Notes: generated from the sequence alone by a model not told the origin. A DNA stretch of 64,000 nt from Flavobacteriales bacterium (GCA_019912395.1 JAIOIH010000085.1:1353-65352); one strand, 5' to 3'. Counted from the first letter of the stretch, positions 49,399 through 60,648 are shown. Translations and numbers: made by a program.

Positions 49399-51279
49399 TC
49401 AACTGCGTTGCAACACCACTTGGCCGCTCAACCATTTGGTGCCGTACGGATAGCGGATCAGATAGACTCCCGTGGCATAGGCGCTCAGATCGACCTGCAC
49501 GGGTTCATCCGCCTTCAGTCCCTTCACCAGTTGAAGTACCTTCCCGCTCAGGTCGGTGATGTACAGTTCCGCAATGGCCGTATCCGCCTTGATGTGAACG
49601 ATCCCCGATGTCGGGTTCGGCCAGTAGCTCCAGCGGATCCGCGGAATGGCCGTCGGTAGGCCGGTCGGTCCGTCGGGATCCGTTGAAGCGGTGTCCGATC
49701 GCGGAGCAGTGACGGCCACGACCGAATCCGGGTAGCCCAGTTCCAGCTCGGGTATCTGCTGTGTACAATCGGGCATGTACGTGTAGCTCTTCAGCACGCG
49801 CACCAGCAGGTTGTTCAAGCTCTCCACATCATAGTGGTCCGTGGAGGGCTCGATGTGCGGTGCACCTATACCGCTGTGATCGGTGAGGAAGGTATAGGTG
49901 CCATTGGTGCCCAAGGCCAGCGTGCGCATGAGGTATTCCGTGCCCTTATCAACGCCACTGGCCGCAAGCGTTACGATGCGGATGCCCTTTGCAGCGGCCT
50001 GTTGCATTAGCACCTGCATTCCCTTCCGGACCTCCGGGGTGTTGTGGGGGCCGGCATCCAGCACAAGGAAGATGATCCGTGTACGCGCATCGGTGCTCCA
50101 GCTGAGGTGGTTGATCGCCGAATCCAAGGCCACCTCCACGGCTTCAGGCGTGTCTCCGCCACCGTCCGCCCGCTGGTCGGAGATGAAGTTCACCGCTGCG
50201 GAAAGCACCCGGGTGAAGTCCATGCTGCGGGTGAGGTAGGCCTCGCTGCTGCCCACATCCCTGTAGAAGACGTTCGCAAAACGGAAGTTCAGCCGGTCCC
50301 CGATCTGCTTGCTGCGGAAGATGATGTCGTTCATCTCGGCCCTCAGGAAGTCCAGTTCGTCCTGCATGGAGCCGGTGGCATCCACCACAAAGGCCACATC
50401 CACGTTGTCGCTTGGCCCGCAAGGCACATCGAGCACCAGCCGGTTCACGCCCTGCGCGAAGGGCTTTGCACGGTCGACCCGGATGGTGCGTCCCCCGTAC
50501 TCCACGGCCAGCAGCAATTGATCGGAGGAGGATCCGGCCCGTGCGTCCAGGGCCGCCCAAAGCTCCGCCTTGCCGGTGTTGTCGGTGCGGGCACTGAAGA
50601 GCTTGGTACCGTCCTTCCGTTCCAAATGCACCACCGCATCGGCGATGGGGAGCCCGTTGCGCATCTGCAGGTCCAGCGTATACCGGCCGTACGGCGCGAT
50701 CGACCACAGGGTGCGCATCGCACCGAGCGTGGTGGCGGACAGGTCCTCCCATTGGGTCCATTTGGAAAAATCGTTCACCTCGCCTGCGGTCAGCCGGCCA
50801 TGGCCAACGCGGCCTCCCCCAGGGCCAAGGAGGCCGCTCGTGCCGATGGTCGGTTCAAGGAGCATTCGTTCTCTTTCCATGGAACTGGAGGACTCATGGA
50901 AGGCATGATCCCGTGCTCCTTCGCTCATCCGGTCCTCCATGACGGCTGCCGGGAGAGGCTTGCGTGCAGGCCGGCTTGCATCCTCCTTCACGGAGAAGTC
51001 CATCGTTTCGTCCGCCTTCACCTTCACCATCCGCGAGGAAGGTTCATATCCGTCATAGCTCACCACGCATTTGTACAGGCCCGTATCCAAGGGCACATGG
51101 AAATTCCCCCAACGATCGGTGAACACCGAGGCCACCAGCTCATCGCCCCGATAGATGTCCACGTTCCCATAGCCCAAGGCCTCCATGGCACGGCCCGTGC
51201 TCAAGTTGCCGCTGAGGGATTGGCCCGGGGAGGTGAAGACAATTCCAAGGGAAAGAACCGTGAGGAACAAAAGGCGCAT
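49399..51279 (-). CDS. von Willebrand factor A domain protein with an N-terminal carboxypeptidase-regulatory-like domain and a T9SS C-terminal domain
   Basis: Signal peptide. MIDAS VDVAFVVDATGSMQDE. CTD ...GVYLIRYPYGTKWLSGQVVLQRS. Confidence 0.7.
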   Translation of the reverse strand: MRLLFLTVLSLGIVFTSPGQSLSGNLSTGRAMEALGYGNVDIYRGDELVASVFTDRWGNFHVPLDTGLYKCVVSYDGYEPSSRMVKVKADETMDFSVKEDASRPARKPLPAAVMEDRMSEGARDHAFHESSSSMERERMLLEPTIGTSGLLGPGGGRVGHGRLTAGEVNDFSKWTQWEDLSATTLGAMRTLWSIAPYGRYTLDLQMRNGLPIADAVVHLERKDGTKLFSARTDNTGKAELWAALDARAGSSSDQLLLAVEYGGRTIRVDRAKPFAQGVNRLVLDVPCGPSDNVDVAFVVDATGSMQDELDFLRAEMNDIIFRSKQIGDRLNFRFANVFYRDVGSSEAYLTRSMDFTRVLSAAVNFISDQRADGGGDTPEAVEVALDSAINHLSWSTDARTRIIFLVLDAGPHNTPEVRKGMQVLMQQAAAKGIRIVTLAASGVDKGTEYLMRTLALGTNGTYTFLTDHSGIGAPHIEPSTDHYDVESLNNLLVRVLKSYTYMPDCTQQIPELELGYPDSVVAVTAPRSDTASTDPDGPTGLPTAIPRIRWSYWPNPTSGIVHIKADTAIAELYITDLSGKVLQLVKGLKADEPVQVDLSAYATGVYLIRYPYGTKWLSGQVVLQRS

Positions 51280-51492
51280 GGGAGGATGGGTTAATGATGA
51301 TGCCTCTTCCTACACGCGAACCGTCCGGAGGTTCGATCCGGCCGCAGGAAAAGGATGAGCATCACATGCAGGTACCGTCCCGCGAACCCTCCGTCCCGAT
51401 CACGGCAGGGTGTGAAGACGATCAATATTATCCGGCCCATGCATCATCCCTGCGTAAATTGCGCCCTCTTCCCGAAAAGGGCCGAGTTCACC

Positions 51493-51723
51493 ATGATCGA
51501 CCGCATCAAGACCTATTTTGAACGCCAAGCGTTCGGCGTCTGCGAATGGTGGGCACACAAGCTCAATATCAAGACCGAGCAGGTGCGCCTCAGCTTCATC
51601 TACCTGAGCTTCGTAACGGCCGGCCTCAACGTGGTGGCCTACCTCGTGATGGCCTTCGTGCTCAAGCACAAGGAGCGGATCAAGCACCCGCTCGCCAAGC
51701 GGAGCACCGTTTGGGAACTTTGA
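51493..51723 (+). CDS. PspC-domain membrane protein (small)
   Basis: MIDRIKTYFERQAFGVCEWWAHKLNIKTEQVRLSFIYLSFVTAG... Start trimmed from ORF 51355. Confidence 0.6.
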   Translation: MIDRIKTYFERQAFGVCEWWAHKLNIKTEQVRLSFIYLSFVTAGLNVVAYLVMAFVLKHKERIKHPLAKRSTVWEL

Positions 51724-51735
51724 CCTCCGTGGCCG

Positions 51736-51972
51736 ATGACCAATAACGACATCCTGAAAAAGCTCCGGGTGGCCTTGAAGCTGCGCGATACCGACATCGT
51801 GAAGATCCTCGCGTTGGTGGACTTCCACATGACCACCTCCGAACTGGGCGCGTTCTTCCGGACCGAGGACCATCCGAAATACAAGGAGGCCGGGGACCAA
51901 GTGCTGCGCAACTTCCTGAACGGTCTGGTGATCCACTTGCGCGGGCCCATGCCGGAGAAGAGGAAGGATTAG
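51736..51972 (+). CDS. DUF1456 family protein (YehS-like)
   Basis: Tandem ILKKLRVALKLRDTDIVKIL-type helical repeats. Confidence 0.55.
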   Translation: MTNNDILKKLRVALKLRDTDIVKILALVDFHMTTSELGAFFRTEDHPKYKEAGDQVLRNFLNGLVIHLRGPMPEKRKD

Positions 51973-51982
51973 CCGGAGGTGT

Positions 51983-52045
51983 TGCATTGTCCTATGTCCT
52001 ATGCTTGCTGTTGCATAGGACATAAGGCAATGAGCATAGGACATC
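51983..52045. repeat. Composite hairpin element, family 1 (TGTCCTATG x2 / loop / CATAGGACAT x2, imperfect)
   Basis: Seen directly. Confidence 0.55.
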
Positions 52046-52078
52046 CAGTATTCCACCCGGTCCATTAGATTCGCCTTC

Positions 52079-52981
52079 ATGAGATTACTGATCACCGGCA
52101 GCAACGGCCTCCTGGGCCAAAAGTTGGTTGCTGCCTTGCGTAACGATCCCGAGGTGGAGCTGCTCGCCACCTCCCGTGGCGGAGATCGTACGGCGGACCC
52201 GCTGGGCGACCGCTACCGCTCCATGGACATCACCCGCAAGGCCGAGGTGGACGCAGTGATCGATGCGTTCCGCCCGGAGGTCATCATCCATACGGCTGCC
52301 ATGACCAATGTGGACAGCTGCGAGCTGGACCCCGAGGCTTGCAGGCTCCAGAACGTGACCGCGACGGAATACTTGGTGGAGGGCGCCAAGCGGCGGGAAA
52401 GCCACTTCATCTTCCTCAGCACCGATTTCGTTTTCGATGGTGCGACAGGTCCCTATCGCGAGGAGGATGTTCCGGCGCCGTTGAGCATCTACGGACAAAG
52501 CAAACTGGAGGGCGAGCGCATTGTACAGGAAGCAGGATTGAAGCGATGGGCCATTGCCCGCACCATTATCGTGTACGGGGTTGCGAAGGGCTTGAGCCGC
52601 AGCAACGTGGTGCTCTGGGCCAAGGAGGCATTGGAAAAGGGCAGCCCGATCAACGTGGTGGACGACCAATGGCGCATGCCCACCCTGGCCGAGGACCTGG
52701 CCGACGGGTGCATCCGCATTGCCAAACAGGGAGCCACCGGCATGTACCACCTCAGCGGGCCGGACGGGATGAGCATACTCGAACTGGTGCAACGCACAGG
52801 TACATTCTTCGGATCGTCCTCCGAGGGGGTCACACCGATCAAAAGCGACACGCTCGGGCAACCTGCCAAGCGCCCACCGGTCACCGGTTTCATCCTGGAC
52901 AAGGCCCGCCGGGAACTGGGTTATGCACCCCATGGCTTTGAGGCTGGGCTGGCAGTGCTTCGCGCCCAGCTCGAACCATAG
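52079..52981 (+). CDS. SDR family NAD(P)-dependent sugar nucleotide reductase, RmlD-like (dTDP-4-dehydrorhamnose reductase-like)
   Basis: MRLLITGSNGLLG Rossmann fold, a YGQSK catalytic motif, about 300 aa. Confidence 0.7.
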   Translation: MRLLITGSNGLLGQKLVAALRNDPEVELLATSRGGDRTADPLGDRYRSMDITRKAEVDAVIDAFRPEVIIHTAAMTNVDSCELDPEACRLQNVTATEYLVEGAKRRESHFIFLSTDFVFDGATGPYREEDVPAPLSIYGQSKLEGERIVQEAGLKRWAIARTIIVYGVAKGLSRSNVVLWAKEALEKGSPINVVDDQWRMPTLAEDLADGCIRIAKQGATGMYHLSGPDGMSILELVQRTGTFFGSSSEGVTPIKSDTLGQPAKRPPVTGFILDKARRELGYAPHGFEAGLAVLRAQLEP

Positions 52982-52990
52982 ACCGTCAAC

Positions 52991-53965
52991 ATGGCACGTC
53001 GTCGCAGGGTCCGGCCGTGGAGAGAAGAGCTGAAGGACCTCTTTGCCATGCATCGGGGCGAGCGCAATGCCTTTGCCGTACTGATCGGTCTCTGCCTGAT
53101 CGGTGCCGCATGGGTGACCTGGGAGCAGTGGATCCGGCCTCGGACATTGGCCGACCGGGAGAAGATCGAAGTGCTCTGGTGGAGCCTGCAGGACACCACG
53201 GAGGGAGGTGAACGGGTTAGCGATGGAAGCTTGGATGATATCCGATTGTTCAACTTCGACCCCAATGGATTGCCCATTGAGCAATGGACCGACCTGGGCC
53301 TTAGCGAGAAGCAGGCGGCTTCGATCCACCGCTACGAGGAGCGCGGCGGGAAATTCAGGACCAAGCGGGACCTGGCCAAGATGCGCGTGGTGGATCCCCA
53401 TCTCTTTGCCCAATGGGAACCGTACATCCAATTGCCGGACTCCTTCCCGCGGAAACAGTGGAACAAGCCTGGACAATGGAACGGTTATCCGAGGGATACG
53501 GCGCGATGGAACTCCGATCGGCGCGAGAGCAGGCCCGCGGATTTTTCCGGGAGCAATGCGGTGGTGGAGCTGAACGGCGCTGACTCGGCAACATTGGTGG
53601 CGGTGCGGGGCATCGGGCCTTCCTTCGCACGTGGGATCCTCAAGTACCGGGACCGGCTCGGTGGCTTCGTCAGCCTTGAACAACTTGGCGAGGTGTACAT
53701 CCTGCGCGACAAGCCCGAAGCCGTGGAACGCCTGCGCGAGAAGCTGACCGTGGACCCCACATTGATGAAGCAGATCCCCTTGAACAGTTGTACTGTGGAG
53801 GAACTGGGGCCGCATCCCTACATCGGTTGGAAGGTGGCCAGGGCGCTTCTGGCCTATCGCGATCAGCATGGACCCTTCGCGGATGTGGCCGCGATCTCCA
53901 ATTGCGTGCTGGTGACCGACAGCATCCGGGAACGGTTGTCGCCGTACCTCACGGTGGAGCCTTGA
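52991..53965 (+). CDS. ComEA-like helix-hairpin-helix DNA-binding protein
   Basis: N-terminal TM segment. Two HhH motifs (LVAVRGIGPSFARGIL and VEELGPHPYIGWKVARALL). Confidence 0.65.
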   Translation: MARRRRVRPWREELKDLFAMHRGERNAFAVLIGLCLIGAAWVTWEQWIRPRTLADREKIEVLWWSLQDTTEGGERVSDGSLDDIRLFNFDPNGLPIEQWTDLGLSEKQAASIHRYEERGGKFRTKRDLAKMRVVDPHLFAQWEPYIQLPDSFPRKQWNKPGQWNGYPRDTARWNSDRRESRPADFSGSNAVVELNGADSATLVAVRGIGPSFARGILKYRDRLGGFVSLEQLGEVYILRDKPEAVERLREKLTVDPTLMKQIPLNSCTVEELGPHPYIGWKVARALLAYRDQHGPFADVAAISNCVLVTDSIRERLSPYLTVEP

Positions 53966-54015
53966 TCGCGGCGCGCCTATCGGCGCTTCCGGCATCCGGC
54001 GTTTTGAACCACGCT

Positions 54016-54273
54016 CCGATACATATCGGAGTCACACGGATAAACACGGATGGAAAAGTCAGATCCCATCAGTCCGATGCTTATCGGCCGGACGCAGGTC
54101 CCAGCTATTGGATAGTGCACGAGAAAGGCATTTATCCGTGTCGATCCGCGTCCACGCGCCGTCGCGAAGCGCTTTGGCGAAGCACGGTCCGTGGTTCCCA
54201 TTCAAGACCAACCGTGCCGGCAGGCACGGTCGGCAGCCCAATAGAGGGAAAGGCATTTATCCGTGTCGATCCG
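54016..54273. repeat. Repeat-dense intergenic region, family 2: palindrome TCCGATACATATCGGA, CACGGAT x2, and two direct copies of AAAGGCATTTATCCGTGTCGATCCG (54124 and 54249; 125-bp period) followed by degenerate unit tails
   Basis: Seen directly. Several short overlapping ORFs here (for example 54108..54305) are probably artefacts. Confidence 0.55.
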
Positions 54274-54428
54274 TGCTTCCCCTTCAGGACCGACCGCGCC
54301 GATAGGCGTGGCCAGCAGCCAATGCACATTCCGAAATCGCATCCATCAAATGGAAAGGTTTATTTTGCGGCCCTCGCAGCTCCTGCATCCATTTTTAAGG
54401 ACCAGTGGGCGCGACATGATCCCTCAAC

Positions 54429-55571
54429 ATGGAATTCAGCACTACCGAGAACCGGCAGATGATCGCACAGGCCGTGCGCGACCTCGTGGAACGCGAGGTA
54501 CGGCCCAACCTGATGGACTGGGACGAGAGCCAGCACATGCCCATCGACCTCTTCAAGAAACACTTCGGCCCCGCCGGCATGCTGGGCGTGCTGGTGCCGG
54601 AGGAATACGGTGGTGCAGGCCTGGGCTACCATGAATATGTCGACACCATCGTGGAAGTGGCACGCGTTTGTGGCAGCATCGGGCTCAGCGTGGCCGCGCA
54701 CAATTCGCTTTGCACCGGGCACATCATGTATTTCGGAAACGACGAGCAGAAGAAGCGCTGGCTTCCGAAGCTCGCCACGGGCGAATGGCTCGGAGCATGG
54801 GCCCTTACCGAAGCAGGTACCGGTAGCGATGCCATGCGCATGGCCACCACCGCCCGCAAGGACGGCGAGGAGTGGGTGCTCAACGGCACCAAGAACTGGA
54901 TCACGCACGGCATCAGCGGCGACGTGGTGGTGGTGATCGCCCGCACGGGCGAACTGCTGGACAGCAAGGGGATGACCGCCTTCGTGGTGGAGCGTGGTAC
55001 ACCCGGGCTAAAGGGGGGCAAGAAGGAGAACAAGCTGGGCATGCGCGCCAGTGAGACCGCCGAGGTGATCTTCGACGAATGCCGAATTCCCGAGGCGAAC
55101 GTGCTCGGTGAAATCGGGCAGGGCTTCCAGCAGGCCATGAAGGTGCTGGACGGCGGAAGGATCAGCATTGCTGCACTTGCACTGGGCATCGCCAAGGGAG
55201 CCTTGGATGCCAGCGTGGCCTATTCCAAGGAGCGGCACCAGTTCGGAAAGCCCATCTCGGAATTCCAGGCCATCAGCTTCAAGCTCGCCGATATGGCCAC
55301 GCGCATCGAGGCGTCCGAGCTGCTGATCCGCCAAGCCTCCGACATGAAGAACAAGGGCCAGCGCATGACCAAGGAAAGCGCCATGGCCAAGTACTACGCC
55401 AGCGAGGTGAGCGTGTACGCCAGCACGGAGGCGGTGCAGATCTTCGGCGGCTACGGCTACACCAAGGATTTCCCGGTTGAGAAGTTCTACCGCGACAGCA
55501 AGCTCTGCACCATCGGTGAGGGGACGTCGGAGATCCAGAAGCTGGTGATCAGCAGGGAGGTGCTGCGGTAG
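54429..55571 (+). CDS. Acyl-CoA dehydrogenase (short/branched-chain type)
   Basis: 380 aa; ...[32 protein letters not shown]. Confidence 0.88.
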   Translation: MEFSTTENRQMIAQAVRDLVEREVRPNLMDWDESQHMPIDLFKKHFGPAGMLGVLVPEEYGGAGLGYHEYVDTIVEVARVCGSIGLSVAAHNSLCTGHIMYFGNDEQKKRWLPKLATGEWLGAWALTEAGTGSDAMRMATTARKDGEEWVLNGTKNWITHGISGDVVVVIARTGELLDSKGMTAFVVERGTPGLKGGKKENKLGMRASETAEVIFDECRIPEANVLGEIGQGFQQAMKVLDGGRISIAALALGIAKGALDASVAYSKERHQFGKPISEFQAISFKLADMATRIEASELLIRQASDMKNKGQRMTKESAMAKYYASEVSVYASTEAVQIFGGYGYTKDFPVEKFYRDSKLCTIGEGTSEIQKLVISREVLR

Positions 55572-55690
55572 CGGCAGGGAGGCTGGCGAATAGTGGCTGG
55601 TGACCGGCAATGCTGACTGCCTTCTCTTTTCCATCGCATTGCACCGATCCAAGGAAAAGCTATATTTGCGCCCCCATTCAGAAAAAGAAC

Positions 55691-55882
55691 ATGCTGATCA
55701 TCCCGGTGAAAGAAGGCGAACCCATTGACAAGGCGCTGAAGAAGTTCAAGAAGAAGTTCGAGCGCACGGGCACCTTGCGTGCGTTGCGCAAGCGCCAGGC
55801 CTTCACCAAGCCTTCCGTGGAGCGCCGCAAGGAATTGCTGCGTGCCGCCTATAAGGAGGAGAAGTACGGCGGCGAACAGTAG
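55691..55882 (+). CDS. rpsU: 30S ribosomal protein S21
   Basis: MLIIPVKEGEPIDKALKKFKKKFERTGTLRALRKRQAFTKPSVERR. Confidence 0.9.
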   Translation: MLIIPVKEGEPIDKALKKFKKKFERTGTLRALRKRQAFTKPSVERRKELLRAAYKEEKYGGEQ

Positions 55883-55964
55883 GGTCGAAGCATGCTTCAC
55901 CCTGCTGTGAAGCCGCATGGGTGACCACATGTCACCACCGCCCTGTAGACAACAAGCTCTGAAA

Positions 55965-55998
55965 GGCGAAAGGACCGAGCGGTCTTTTCGCCTTTTTT
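55965..55998 (+). terminator. Hairpin plus T6 tract after rpsU, ending 7 bp before the xerC start (terminator or attenuator)
   Basis: GGCGAAAGGACC gagc GGTCTTTTCGCC then TTTTTT. Confidence 0.45.
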
Positions 55999-56004
55999 GC
56001 ATGG

Positions 56005-56919
56005 ATGCCCGTCGAACGCTTTTTGGACCATCTCGCTTTTGAGAAACGTGCGAGCCCGCTGACGGTGAAGGCCTACCGGAGCGATCTGGGGCAATTCAAT
56101 CTTTTCCTGCGGGAGGAACTGGGGTTGAAGGACGCTACCGAGGCCACCGACAAGGCGGTGCGCGCCTGGATGATGGGGTTGCTCGGATCCGGTGTCGGGG
56201 CGCGGTCGGTGAACCGGAAGCTGAGCGCCCTGCGGGCCTATTACCATTTTGCCCGGACCGTGGGAGTGGTGCAATGCGATCCCACCGCCTTGATCGAGCC
56301 GCCCAAGACCCCCAAACGCTTGCCGGAGTTCGTGGCGGAGCGGAACATGGAGCAATTGCTGAACGAGATGCCCTGGCCGGAGGGCTTTATCGGCAGTCGC
56401 GACCGCCTCATATTGGAATTGCTCTACGGCACGGGCATGCGCTTGGCGGAGCTCCTGCACCTGGCACCGGCCGATATCGATCTTCGGCGAGGCACCGTGC
56501 GCGTAATGGGCAAGCGCAACAAGGAGCGGATCCTTCCCCTGGCGGGTCCCCTGCTACAGTTGCTCCGCGAACACATGGCCCTGCGGGAAGACCTGACCCC
56601 GCAAGCGGATGCCCCCTTACTGCTGCGGCCCGATGGAGAACCATTGCCACGGCGAACCATTCAATCATTGGTTACGCATTACCTTAGTGCGGTGACCACC
56701 CAGGATAAACGAAGTCCCCACGTCTTGCGCCACACTTTCGCCACCCATTTGCTCGAACATGGCGCAGACCTCAACGCCGTAAAGGAACTGCTGGGCCATG
56801 CCAGCCTGGCGGCCACGCAGGTGTACACGCACAACACCGTGGAAAAGCTCAAACAAGCCCACCGGCAGGCACATCCGCGCGGTGGGGCCGATCAACAAAC
56901 CACAATCAAAAAAACGTGA
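56005..56919 (+). CDS. xerC: Site-specific tyrosine recombinase XerC/XerD family
   Basis: Catalytic R...HxxR...Y: ...HVLRHTFATHLLEHGADLNAVKELLGHASLAATQVYTH. Confidence 0.85.
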   Translation: MPVERFLDHLAFEKRASPLTVKAYRSDLGQFNLFLREELGLKDATEATDKAVRAWMMGLLGSGVGARSVNRKLSALRAYYHFARTVGVVQCDPTALIEPPKTPKRLPEFVAERNMEQLLNEMPWPEGFIGSRDRLILELLYGTGMRLAELLHLAPADIDLRRGTVRVMGKRNKERILPLAGPLLQLLREHMALREDLTPQADAPLLLRPDGEPLPRRTIQSLVTHYLSAVTTQDKRSPHVLRHTFATHLLEHGADLNAVKELLGHASLAATQVYTHNTVEKLKQAHRQAHPRGGADQQTTIKKT

Positions 56920-56920
56920 C

Positions 56921-57229
56921 ATGAACGTGACGGTGCATTCCCTCCATTTTGATGCTGACGCCAAGCTCATCGATTTCATCAAGGAGAAGTTGAACAAGCT
57001 CACCCAGTTCCATGACAACATCTTGTCCGGTGCTGTTACCCTGCGGGTAGGCAGCGACGGCGAGCGGCCGGAGAACAAACATGTGGAGATCCGCTTGGCG
57101 GTTCCGGGCAACGATCTTTTCGCGAAACGCAAGGCCGCCAGCTTTGAGGAGGCGGCCGTGAACACCATCGAGGCACTCCGAAGCCAAGTGGAAAAGGATA
57201 AGACCCGATTGCGCGAAGTGCGCGGATAG
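56921..57229 (+). CDS. hpf: Ribosome hibernation promoting factor (short HPF/RaiA)
   Basis: MNVTVHSLHFDADAKLIDFIKEKLNKLTQFHDNI...; 102 aa. Confidence 0.85.
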   Translation: MNVTVHSLHFDADAKLIDFIKEKLNKLTQFHDNILSGAVTLRVGSDGERPENKHVEIRLAVPGNDLFAKRKAASFEEAAVNTIEALRSQVEKDKTRLREVRG

Positions 57230-57400
57230 CCCGCCGGTACTGGGGAATTCCCATCTTGCCGATCTTTAACGACGGCCGTGACCATATTCATGGCCGTCGT
57301 TATTTGGCTGCTTCATGGTTTTGCATACATTTGCAGGCCCAATTCCGGGGGTAGTATGCTCCGGAAGCGGGTCGGGAACGTTCTTTTTCTTGCTGTACAT

Positions 57401-57473
57401 GCCAATGTAGCTCAGCTGGTAGAGCAGCTGATTTGTAATCAGCCGGTCGGGGGTTCGAGTCCCTCCATTGGCT
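57401..57473 (+). tRNA. tRNA-Thr (anticodon TGT)
   Basis: GCCAATGTAGCTCAGCTGGTAGAGCAGCTGATTTGTAATCAGCCGGTCGGGGGTTCGAGTCCCTCCATTGGCT. Confidence 0.85.
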
Positions 57474-57487
57474 CCGTGAACGGACCA

Positions 57488-57570
57488 GGGGAGATACCCA
57501 AGCGGCCAACGGGGGCAGACTGTAAATCTGCTGTCTTACGACTTCGTAGGTTCGAATCCTGCTCTCCCCA
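57488..57570 (+). tRNA. tRNA-Tyr (anticodon GTA), long variable arm
   Basis: GGGGAGATACCCAAGCGGCCAACGGGGGCAGACTGTAAATCTGC...GGTTCGAATCCTGCTCTCCCCA. Confidence 0.85.
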
Positions 57571-57624
57571 CAATAACGGAGCCATCATCCGGGATCGCGC
57601 CACCGGCGCGGCGACCGGCACCAA

Positions 57625-57697
57625 GCGGGAGTAGCTCAGTTGGTAGAGCATCAGCCTTCCAAGCTGAATGTCGCGGGTTCGAATCTCGTCTCCCGCT
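57625..57697 (+). tRNA. tRNA-Gly (anticodon TCC)
   Basis: GCGGGAGTAGCTCAGTTGGTAGAGCATCAGCCTTCCAAGCTGAATGTCGCGGGTTCGAATCTCGTCTCCCGCT. Confidence 0.8.
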
Positions 57698-57746
57698 CTA
57701 CCGCCGGACCCCGCTTCCAGGGGCGAGGTGAAACAACAATACAACG

Positions 57747-57818
<72 letters not shown>

Positions 57819-57929
57819 CCAGGAATGGAGGATTGAGATGCCCTGAAAAGGGAGGCATGGACAACAAGAGGGAATTGCCCCGAAGCGAACCAACGAACAA
57901 CACCAAACGACCACAATCACTTAGAGACC

Positions 57930-59117
<1,188 letters not shown>

Positions 59118-59140
59118 TACGCACAACACGCAAGCGACGG

Positions 59141-59172
59141 GGCCGTCCGCCATTCGGCGGACGGCCTTTGCC
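59141..59172 (+). terminator. Hairpin GGCCGTCCGCC attc GGCGGACGGCC followed by TTTGCC, after tuf
   Basis: Seen directly. Weak T tract. Confidence 0.45.
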
Positions 59173-59205
59173 GCCGATAGGAACCGCAATCAGAACAAGG
59201 AACGA

Positions 59206-59281
59206 ACGGGAGTAGCTCAATTGGTAGAGCGACGGTCTCCAAAACCGTAGGCTGCGGGTTCGATTCCTGCCTCCCGTGCCA
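59206..59281 (+). tRNA. tRNA-Trp (anticodon CCA), CCA end encoded
   Basis: ACGGGAGTAGCTCAATTGGTAGAGCGACGGTCTCCAAAACCGTAGGCTGCGGGTTCGATTCCTGCCTCCCGTGCCA. Confidence 0.85.
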
Positions 59282-59293
59282 AAGCGAACAACA

Positions 59294-59524
59294 GTGGCAA
59301 GCATCAGATCATATATCAGCGAAAGCTACAATGAGCTCGTTCACAAGGTGAGCTGGCCCGCATGGAAGGACCTGCAGAGCAGTTCCATCCTCGTATTGGT
59401 CTCAGCCCTCATTGTATCCTTGATCATATTCCTGATGGACTTCGTTTTCGGTGTCCACAACATGGGCAATACGAATTTCTGGAAAGGGATCCTGGGGTTC
59501 CTGTACAAATTCATGGGACACTAG
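59294..59524 (+). CDS. secE: Preprotein translocase subunit SecE (GTG start)
   Basis: (V)[51 protein letters not shown] matches the Bacteroidota SecE N-terminus. The ORF-track start at 59276 would overlap tRNA-Trp. Confidence 0.75.
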   Translation: MASIRSYISESYNELVHKVSWPAWKDLQSSSILVLVSALIVSLIIFLMDFVFGVHNMGNTNFWKGILGFLYKFMGH

Positions 59525-59525
59525 G

Positions 59526-60080
59526 ATGGCCGTTACCAGCACCAAGAAGTGGTACGTGCTTCGCGCCATCAGCGGGAAGGAGAAGAAGGTGAAGGAGCTC
59601 ATCGATACGGAGATCCGACGCTCCAACTTGGGCAATTATATTTCCCAAGTGCTGATCCCCATGGAGAAGTTCTACCAGATCCGCGATGGCAAGAAGGTAA
59701 GCAAGGAGCGGAACTTCTTTCCGGGCTATGTGCTTTTGGAGGCCGACCTCACCGGTGAGACCGCCCACACCCTCAAGCAGATGACCAATGTGATCGGCTT
59801 CCTCGGTGCGGAGAAGGGAGGTGACCCGGTGCCCTTGCGGCAGAGCGAGGTGAACCGCATCCTGGGCACGGTGGATGAACTGGCCGATGCGGACGAATCA
59901 CCCTACAACCCATACCATGTAGGCGAGGGGGTGAAGGTGATCGACGGGCCCTTCAACGGGTTCAACGGCACCATCGAGGAGATAAATGAGGAAAAAAAGA
60001 AGCTCAAGGTGATGGTGAAGATCTTCGGCAGAAGGACACCGCTCGAGCTGAGCTTCATGCAAGTGGAAAAGGAGGTGTAG
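59526..60080 (+). CDS. nusG: Transcription termination/antitermination factor NusG
   Basis: [24 protein letters not shown]... and a KOW domain ...[21 protein letters not shown]. Confidence 0.93.
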   Translation: MAVTSTKKWYVLRAISGKEKKVKELIDTEIRRSNLGNYISQVLIPMEKFYQIRDGKKVSKERNFFPGYVLLEADLTGETAHTLKQMTNVIGFLGAEKGGDPVPLRQSEVNRILGTVDELADADESPYNPYHVGEGVKVIDGPFNGFNGTIEEINEEKKKLKVMVKIFGRRTPLELSFMQVEKEV

Positions 60081-60115
60081 GGCGAAGCCCTACACTGGTA
60101 GGGGCGAAGCATGCT
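60073..60115. other. Two adjacent perfect hairpins in the nusG-rplK spacer: GTGTAGGGC gaa GCCCTACAC (overlaps the nusG stop) and GGGCGAAGCATGCTTCGCCC
   Basis: Seen directly. Candidate rplKA leader or terminator structure. Confidence 0.45.
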
Positions 60116-60204
60116 TCGCCCAAACGCGTTGAAGGAAAAAAAAAGAAAAAACCAGTCCAAGTCCGCCGAACAGCGTACGTTAACCAGGACACAACAACCA
60201 AAGC

Positions 60205-60648
60205 ATGGCAAAGGAGATAACGGGGCTGGTGAAGCTCCAAGTAAAGGGAGGCGCAGCCAACCCCGCCCCCCCGATCGGCCCCGCACTGGGCGCCAAGGGG
60301 GTGAACATCATGGAGTTCTGCAAGCAGTTCAATGGACGCACGCAGGACAAGGCGGGCAAGGTGCTCCCCGTGGTGATCACCGTGTATGCGGACAAGAGCT
60401 TCGACTTCATCATAAAGACCCCGCCTGCCGCCGTGCAGCTAATGGACCTGGCCAAGGCCAAGAAGGGCAGCGGTGTGCCCCAGACCGACAAGGTGGGCAG
60501 CGTCACTTGGGAACAAGTGAAGGCCATCGCGGAGGATAAAATGCCCGACCTCAACTGCTTCAACGTGGAAAGCGCCATGAGCATGGTGGCTGGCACGGCT
60601 CGTTCCATGGGTATCACCGTGACCGGCGAAAGCCCGATCAGCAAATAA
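60205..60648 (+). CDS. rplK: 50S ribosomal protein L11
   Basis: [29 protein letters not shown]. Confidence 0.97.
   Translation: MAKEITGLVKLQVKGGAANPAPPIGPALGAKGVNIMEFCKQFNGRTQDKAGKVLPVVITVYADKSFDFIIKTPPAAVQLMDLAKAKKGSGVPQTDKVGSVTWEQVKAIAEDKMPDLNCFNVESAMSMVAGTARSMGITVTGESPISK

Noticed and set aside
52085-53995. 636-aa minus-strand ORF opposite the RmlD-like and ComEA-like genes
   Set aside because: The sense-strand genes have recognisable Rossmann and HhH motifs. This is a long open antisense frame typical of 62% GC DNA.
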